Assembly: GCA_951406725.2 (NCBI GenBank)
Contig: OX597830.1
Span: forward strand, 29,388,001 to 29,452,000
Length of the DNA stretch: 64,000 nucleotides
DNA from: Octopus vulgaris
Taxonomy: Eukaryota
Direction: 5' to 3'
Position 1 is the stretch's first letter. The number at the start of each line of letters is the position of its first letter. A program made the position numbers and the translations under genes. Positions 54,949 through 64,000 of the stretch are shown here, piece by piece. The notes beneath the pieces were generated by a model. That model did no database searches and was not told the origin of the DNA. It worked only from the letters and a program-made list of their open reading frames with translations.

Positions 54949-56952
54949 ATATAAACTCAAACACTCACGCACATACACACAGACACACTCGCACACATAT
55001 ACACACATACACACAAAAACTTATTAAAATACAGAACACAATACAAGATTCTCGTTTCCTCAGCTTTTGAGGCCAAATGTATTTTAGCGTCTCGCGATAA
55101 TATCTCTCTACCCAAATGACGTTTAAAAATTCATGGCCACGAAGTAGGCTCGTTAGAGTTTAGCTGTACTTAAACTTAGCGTCGTCAAACGATATTCTTT
55201 GACTGCGGGAAATCTTGTTACAGATATATACATCACAAACTTACTAAAAGTATGACGTTTGTGTTTTGCATTCCAATCTGCCCTATAATGCCTTCTGTTA
55301 GCAGGATAAGCTGTGAGTAAAATAAGCATTTGGGTTTATCCAATAATTCTTCCTATATGGATCAAGTACTGACACATTCAGGCCTTCCCTCTCATCCATT
55401 GGTCGGAACCATTGATCCGTGATGGTGGGTGCGTTTACTTAATTATCAAAGGTGCTGATTGTCTTTTGAAACGATTTCGAGGTGTAAAGTTGCTAAATTA
55501 TTACTGAACTATATCTTGAATGTTGCCGTAATTTAAGCGAAAACCTCACAGGTCTCGAGTCTCGAGGTCCCCTTGATGCCATAACTAGTGTTTTCCAAGC
55601 ACATATGTCATAATAAACATTCCGATATCGTTAAGACTTTTCATTAAATTACTTAAATATTCTGATTAAAATGCGATAATGACACTTAAAAAGAAAGTAA
55701 TTGTTGTTTTTTAAATAAAAAAACAATATTATTAATTGTACTCTTTAATTACATTTCAGAAAGTTACATGACGTGGTCTAAGTATTTTCAGTTATTATAT
55801 GAAAGGGTCAATTATGTAAAAAGAATGCCAAACCCAATTGTTCTACAATTTAAGCCGTCTTGAATCTTGCTTTCTCCTAAAATTAAGTTGGTTATGGTAG
55901 GTCAGCACTGTCATAATACATAGCATTATGTAAACATGACCATGCTTACATCAGAATTTCTATGCAATCAGAAGAAATGCAGAACATGGAATGCACCGCA
56001 AAAAGCTTCTTGGAAAATTCCTTAGGTAATTTTAGACTCCCTCGGATAAGTCGACACATCCCACATACGGTCTCTTAATTTGTTACACACCCCACTGATT
56101 TATGTAGATTATAACTGAAAGTTTTATAACCAACATACATCCTGCAAGACTAGAGTGTGCTAATGCCTTATGCTAATGGATTAAGACTTAAATGAAATTG
56201 ATAAATGAGTAAGAAATACAAATAACACGTTCCGCGGTAGGCAATTAGACAAACCTATATAAATACAGGTAAAAAATGCGTTTAAGCATGAGATTGTGTA
56301 CAGTGAAATATGGCAATACTTGAAATGCTAGACGAGGGGGAGGGGAGAATCCTTTTGTTTCTGGATGTATGAATAACGATATAATCAACAAAATATTTGA
56401 TAAAAGATTACTTCCATCAAATTTAAGTTGGTATATTTAGAGGTTGTTAAGAAAACGCATAAATATTATAAATATATCACTTCATATATAGATACATAAA
56501 GGACGTCAAGATAAAAAAAATATATGCTTTCAAATATATTCAGTCAGACACACGAAGGCACACAATTTCATGTATGCATATTTTAGCTTTAATGAAACTT
56601 TCGAAAACATACCATTTTAAAACTATTTTAAAATGTTTCAATTAACGTACGTTTAGAAATGCGATGTTGCGTACCTTCATATACAACTATGTAAGAAGTA
56701 CGTAATTACGAGACGTATAAATACAGAAGTATGTCACTATCAGCTTGGATTGGTATTTATTTATGTATCTGTTTTAATTACTCTTTTTCTTTGTGATAAT
56801 CATTGTATGAATGAGAGTGTGAATTTGAATGTGGCGATACATGCATATTTATAGAAACATATGTAGGTAACTCTCTAAGCAAGTATGCATATGTCAATAT
56901 GTGTGCATTTATGAATATTTTTGTAACTACGTACGCAATCTATCTATCTATC

Positions 56953-56997
<45 letters not shown>

Positions 56998-57035
56998 CTG
57001 TGCGTGTGTGTGTGTATGTATGTTTGTGTGTATAC

Positions 57036-57067
<32 letters not shown>

Positions 57068-57092
57068 CTGTGCGTGTGTGTGTATGTATGTT

Positions 57093-57129
<37 letters not shown>

Positions 57130-57511
57130 ATATACATATAAACACGTATACACATAAGTAAAATAAGTAGAAATGTATGAAGATGTAGGAAGATTTTTTT
57201 ATATAATGCATGTATATTTATATGTGTATGTCTCTGTGCATCTATACCTATATACATTCATATATGAAAAATTGCATATATATATATATATGATGCTGGC
57301 CGCGGGTATAGATGGTGAAAGAAGAATAGCATATGTGAATTTTTATGATTCTGGCAAAGAAAACAATTAAGAATATTTCACGCTCAGCATATTTCACAAT
57401 TGGATTGATGCACTAATTATTAAACTATCTCTGATGAACGCATCGTAAATATTCGCAATATCCACATTAAACATTATGAACCAGCAAATCATATATGTAT
57501 ATATACGTATG

Positions 57512-57561
<50 letters not shown>

Positions 57562-57841
57562 CATTCACACAGATACACACATGTATATTATATATATAAG
57601 TATGTTTGAGTGCATATGTGCGTTTGTGTGTGTGTGTTAATAGCGGTAACTCATTAAACTGTATGATCATTTAAAAGTGTTGATGAAGATTGCTGTAAGC
57701 CAGTAAAGAAGTATATAACAATCAGCGAGGTGCGTAGTTTACGTTCTTATTTATGGATGTCTGCAGTATTTCACTTAATTTCTATTATCATTACCCTCAT
57801 TTTCTGGATGCTTTTGTTGTCGTCTTGTTATTGTTATTTGA

Positions 57842-57879
<38 letters not shown>

Positions 57880-57974
57880 CCATCATCATTATCACAAATA
57901 TCATTATTCGTATTAATTTCTTTTGTTTTTGCTGCCTTTTTATAATCACTTTCGTTTTATTCAAGACTAATATA

Positions 57975-58220
<246 letters not shown>

Positions 58221-58699
58221 TTATTTTTATTTTGTTGTTGCTGTTGTTATGGAGTCATATCATCATCAGTTGTCAAAGTATATATTTGTTTATTTATATA
58301 TTTCGTATTTTATTACGTTTGTGCTTTTGAATTTGTATATTTTCCTTTAAGATATCCAACATTAAAAAACTTCTTAAAAGTTTCTCTATTTTAAATGATC
58401 AAATGAATATAATTTTGCCTTGCCATCAGAGATTTTAGAGAACAGAGTGAAATAATAAGAATCATAGTCATTATAAATATGTTGGTGTCATTAAATGCGA
58501 TTAATTGGCACTATGTGGTGTGACATATGTATTTCATTACTTCAACATTTCATCATTTAAAATACAGACACATATACGCATAATTATATAATTATATATA
58601 TATATATATATGTATATATAACTAGAATTATATGTATGTATCTACCGTCTACCTATCAATCTATCTCGTAGTATGCATGTATACATATGTATATGTATG

Positions 58700-58764
<65 letters not shown>

Positions 58765-58849
58765 ATATATATATATATATATATAATTGACTCTACACAC
58801 ACACACATAATTCTTTTCCTTCAGAAGGATTTAAAACATTTATAAAAAG

Positions 58850-58876
58850 GTCTTACAGCTGTTTCCAGGATATTAT
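58850..58876 (-). ncRNA. 3' half of a hammerhead of the 5119 family, truncated at the Tc1 junction
   Basis: Minus strand ATATCCTG-GAAA-CAGCTG-TA-AGAC versus ATATCCCA-GAAA-CAGCTG-TA-AGAC. Confidence 0.65.
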
Positions 58877-58879
58877 TGC

Positions 58880-60044
58880 TTGAATTCTACGACGTATAGA
58901 CTCATACAAAGTTTGAATTATTTCCAAATGAATTTTTGTCCCTTCTTCATCTAAAATAGTCTCCACTTCTTGTAGTGATGATGGTGGATGATATCGACTC
59001 CTTACTTGTTTTTCTAAAATTCCCCATAAATGTTCAATAATACTGAGAACTGGGGACTATATGGTGGTCAGATACGATGTGTAACTTCACTAAAATGTTC
59101 CTCGTGCAATTCAGTAACAACTTAAGCTGTGTGAATTGGTGCATTATCATCCTGAAAGATTGTGTTTCCCTCCGGAAATAGTTTCGCAACCATAGGAGGA
59201 ATTTGATCATATAAATTGCTTTAATAGACTTGACTATTAATTCTGGCATGAAGGGAAACCATTGGACCGGCTTTTTTCCAAGATATTGTCACCCAGATCA
59301 TCGCAGCTCTTCCTTGATATTTAAAAGTCTGGGTCAAATGCTTCTTTGGGGTGTTTTCACTCGTTTCCTCGGCCGGTGTTCAGAAAGAAGAAAGACTCGC
59401 TCGAGAAAATAATATTCTTCTACTGCTCTAGGGACCAATTCTGTAGGCTTTTACTCCGCTTTAAACGCTTTGCAACTTTTTTTTTTTAAAGTAGTGCCTT
59501 TCCGATTGCAGCTCTCCCGTGAAATCCGGCTTTGTGCAGCTCACAGCGAACAACTTTTGTGGAAACTAGGTTCTTGAGGTGGTCATTAAGCATTGCAGTA
59601 AATTTGGGAGTTGTACACTTGAGATGATTTCTAACAATTCGCGAAAGAGTCCGACGGTCCTGATCTGAAAATTTTGGTTTTCTTCCGGAGTTTTATTTCG
59701 ATGAGGAGGTTTTTCTGTCTTTCTCAAAGGCTGTCTTTACTTTCGAGACAGTACTTCTTGATACATCAAACATTTCGGCTGCTTTAGTTACGCTAGCTCC
59801 TGCCATACGAGCACAAACTATTTGACTACTTGAAAAGTCTGATAGATGTGTCATTATAATGAATTATAAATACTATTTGGCTGATGATGTCTGAAAAGAA
59901 ATAACAATTTTAGCAAAACATATTAAGCAACTTTAATAATAAAACAAACAACATGTAAATAAACAAAATTTTCACGGTCCTATAGATATTTCAAAATTAT
60001 GATGCTATGATGCTAGGTTTTTCCATTATTATGTCCAACCCCTG
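58880..60044 (-). mobile_element. Second, more decayed copy of the 39249 Tc1 element
   Basis: Colinear with 39340-40543; TIR TTCCATTATTATGTCCAACCCCTG-TA on the right; the other end is missing. Confidence 0.9.
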
Positions 60045-60047
60045 TAT

Positions 60048-60078
<31 letters not shown>

Positions 60079-60229
60079 AGTTGGGAAAGTATATTCTGCT
60101 GTAGCCTCGAGCCGAGCAAGGCCTTGTGGGTGGACTTGGCAGACCGCAACATATATATATATATGTGTATATATAAATATATATATATATATGTGTGTGT
60201 GTGTATGTGTATATGTTTGTGTGTGTATG

Positions 60230-60359
60230 TGTGAAGTATATTTGCCAGCTAAATGTGGCTAACAACTAAAGATGGATGCTACTGTAGCTTGTAGCCCCAA
60301 GACACAGTAGCATCCATCCTTAGTGGATAGCCACATTTAGGTGGCATATATACTTCACA
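60230..60359. repeat. 130 bp hairpin with ~56 bp arms
   Basis: TGTGAAGTATAT.TGCCA.CTAAATGTGGCTA..GATGGATGCTACTGT, an 18-nt loop, then its near-exact reverse complement. Confidence 0.9.
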
Positions 60360-61172
60360 TTGTCGTAAAGCAACTGTTTATACCTCGTTCAGAGATTTAT
60401 ATATATATATATATATATATATAACGTGTGTGTGTATGTATGTATGTATATATGTGTGTGTGATTGTGCGTGTGTGTGAGTGTGTTTGTGAATACATATG
60501 TTGAAACAATTTACGCTAAGATGTCCGGTTTCGCTTTTCCATTAAATTTCAGTTAAACTTTCCACGTCTTCATACAGGGCGATTTCTTAGTAATTGTCAG
60601 AAAAAAATCACATATATCATTTACATTAATTCATCACAATATACATAATGTATGTTACAAAATAAGTATAACATATTACTTTATCCTATGAATTGTTGAT
60701 TATTATTATTATTATTCACCCATGATCTCTAACCGCTTAGCTTTCCCACAATCATAACAATCAACATTTAAAAAGTTTAATAGCATCGGTAAACAGTACT
60801 ATATGTATCTCTTGGGTGGAATATATACATATTTACAGAGAGAAAGGAAGAAAAACATATATCTGTGTCTATACATGCATCTGAGTTTTATATGCGTGTA
60901 GATGCATGTATAGACCGTCTATGATCATATATATACATATATGCGTCTAAATACAAATGCATATTGGAATATATACACGTTTTATTTTCATATACATGAC
61001 TGCAGTCACATGACTGAACATGTGAAATTAAGTTTATTTTTCTCGAATGTAGACTTTAACTAAAAGACTCGTATGTGCTTTCTATGTTCACATGCATGAA
61101 TTGAAGTCATAACCTGTAAAATGTTAGAGATATTTTTTGTACATTGACTCTCAAGGTTACAAATTGTATATA

Positions 61173-61557
61173 CTCGTGTCACTCCGTCGGTTACGACGAC
61201 AAGGGTTCCAGTTGATTCGATCAACGGAACAGCCTGCTCATGATATTAACGCGCAAGTGACTGTGCACTCCACAGACACGCGTAACATTAGCGTAGTTCT
61301 CGGGGAGATTCAACGTGAGATAGAGTGTCTTAAGGCTGGCCCTTTGAAATACTGGTACAACAGAAACAGGAAGCAAGAGGGAAAGAAACTTATGGTGAAA
61401 GAATACAGCAGAGTTCACCACCACAGTCTGTCTGAGCCTCGTGGAGCTTTAGATGTTTTTGTTCGATAAACACTCACAACACCTTGTCTGGGAATCGAAA
61501 CCGCGATCCTATGACCGCGAGTCTACTGCCCTAACCACTCGGCCATTATTTCTCCAC
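61173..61557 (-). mobile_element. SINE family C head with type 3 tail, with TSD
   Basis: TSD ACAAATTGTATATA at 61159-61172 and 61558-61571. Confidence 0.85.
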
Positions 61558-61874
61558 ACAAATTGTATATAAGATATATAAGACAGATAAACTGGCCTCA
61601 CAGATTAAATTTGCTCTCTAGGTTCCAGTTGTTCTAAGATTAATTAATCTTCCTATCACACCCGGGGTAATAGCGGAATAATAATTAACAAACACTATGC
61701 GGTTCAGTGTGGACTATTGTGGCCTCTACTTTAATAACCTATATTCATCAATGCCCCACTGATAAATGAAAAACTTTTAATAGAATAAAATATAGCTAAA
61801 TAAAATAATGCTAAGTGTAAGACTTGATAAATGTTAGGGCATGTGTTTGTGTGTTTGTGTGCGTGTAAATATAC

Positions 61875-61920
<46 letters not shown>

Positions 61921-62360
61921 CTAGGTGTACACACTCACACACGCACTTATACATACGCATATTTACCCGCTGTATATTTTTATATGTGTGTGTGTGAGTG
62001 TGCGTGCGTGTATTATTTTATACATATATACAAGCATACATATAAATATATACATATACATGCTACAAAGAACGATAAAGAATTAAGAAATTCACCTGAG
62101 GTGTTAAAGGAAAAAGTGAGCATAGAACAATGGTTGCATGTAAGGAAAAAAAATTAAGAAAAATGAAAAAATATAAAAAAAATTTAAATGTTACCATCCA
62201 AACAAAAACACTGTTAGAAAAAGTAGACAGAATGAACGAAAAAAAAGTAAAAAAGGAAGAAAAAAAATCAAACAAATATTATTAAAATTAATATCAATTA
62301 TGCACACATATTTGAACACATTCTTTTTCAGCCTGAAATAATATAAGCATATATGATATT

Positions 62361-62408
<48 letters not shown>

Positions 62409-62840
62409 ACATATATGTATATATGCATATATTCATATATACATATATGTATACATACATACATACACATATATATGCTTACATATATACGTATGTGTCT
62501 ATATATATATATAAGATATTCAAGACATATGTATAAATACATAATGCGTGCATAGAGGCATTCATACTTAGTATACGTCTTCACATGGTGCCAACGTGTA
62601 ACAATGGCAGAAACATCTAAAACTCTGAATGGAAAATTTATACAATCTAAGGAGATCCCAATTATAATAGAATATTTGTAAGACCTCTATATATAATGGG
62701 TTCATTATTATTAAGTTGCCTCAAATATTCAATGAAACATCATGGTGTGAGGAAAAATTAGGTCACATATCATATAAAATGCGAGTTCTGATAATTTTTT
62801 TTTTTTACAAATATATATACGAATATGTGTGTCTGTATGC

Positions 62841-62930
<90 letters not shown>

Positions 62931-63230
62931 GATTATGTGAAAAACAAAATGCTTGTTGTAACACAGCTTGTAAGACCTCATTATAGATATGAAGAGAAGT
63001 GCGTTTAAAAAAAAATCTTATGTGAAGTGTCTTCAAGGAAAATGAAAATTCTTCAGATATACAGGACGAAAGAATATTACACATGGTTTTTAACGTTTCT
63101 GATATTAACTTCCGTCAAATCGAGCCGATTTCATAGCCCAACTAAGTCATCATTGCTTTTCATCACTTGGGGTTCATAAGTTAAAATAGCAATCAAAAAC
63201 TGGTGTAGATATATTAGTCATGTACTTTCG

Positions 63231-63350
<120 letters not shown>

Positions 63351-64000
63351 CGTTTGTGTGTACGTTCATTTTAAAGTAGCTGAATAGCCTATTGTTGTCA
63401 TTCAATTTTTACAATAGAATATTTAATATAAATCTTTATTTATTCCATGTTCCTTGCTTTCGTTTGTTAAATAAAGATTCTTCTTCCTCATGATTTTGTT
63501 TTTATTTTGAGATAGACAGATATCATGTAGAAAATACCGTCTTCCTAATCCTGTTTTCTGATTACGTAAAATTAATCAAGGTTATCTTAAGTAACATTTT
63601 CCTGCAGTTTGTCTTGCAAAATTGGATTTAACTTGGAAAATTATTTCAATATACCAAATTTCGAAGTTTCTCAAATTACGTAAAACAGGGAAGACCTTGG
63701 AAAGTCGAGAGACAATTATAGGACGTCACACACACACGCACACTCGCGTGCACACACACACACAAAAACACACTCACACACACTGAAACACACACACATT
63801 TACAAACGTACACAGGTGATCACGTGTTTAAAATGGTGTGTAGTAGGTATATGTATGTATGTATGTATGTATATATATGTGTGTGTGTGTCTGAGTGTGT
63901 GTCTTTGTTTGAGTGTTTCTTTTGCGATGGAAAGCAGAAAAGCCACCTACTCCCACATTTCTTTCCCTTCCTCGTCTATGTGCATGTGTATGTGCGTATG

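Overview
AT-rich, microsatellite-saturated eukaryotic non-coding DNA. The SINE families and simple repeats look like an octopus (cephalopod) genome; that assignment is inferred, not verified. No intact host protein-coding gene is evident, and nearly all ORFs in the track are translations of (TA)n/(CA)n/(TAG)n repeats. The window contains many tRNA-derived SINEs of about four types, decayed Tc1 and mariner transposons, hAT- and pogo-like MITEs, a Tx1/L1-like and an R4/Dong-like LINE fragment, and several Penelope-like (GIY-YIG) remnants. The main hidden signal is a set of about 10 complete or near-complete minimal type I hammerhead-ribozyme folds plus several half motifs. Many differ in sequence, but the well-preserved ones keep stem I / core / stem II / GAAA / palindromic stem III / UH; the cores include canonical CTGANGA and the variants TTGANAA and CTGTNGAA. 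Some lie downstream of GIY-YIG remnants. Others lie in short non-coding fold-back elements, and one lies in a directly repeated unit that brackets a LINE 3' fragment. Hammerheads in Penelope-like elements are established knowledge; the density, the core variants, the fold-back mini-elements and the apparent LINE cargo are what merit follow-up. All folds were read by eye and repeat boundaries are approximate.
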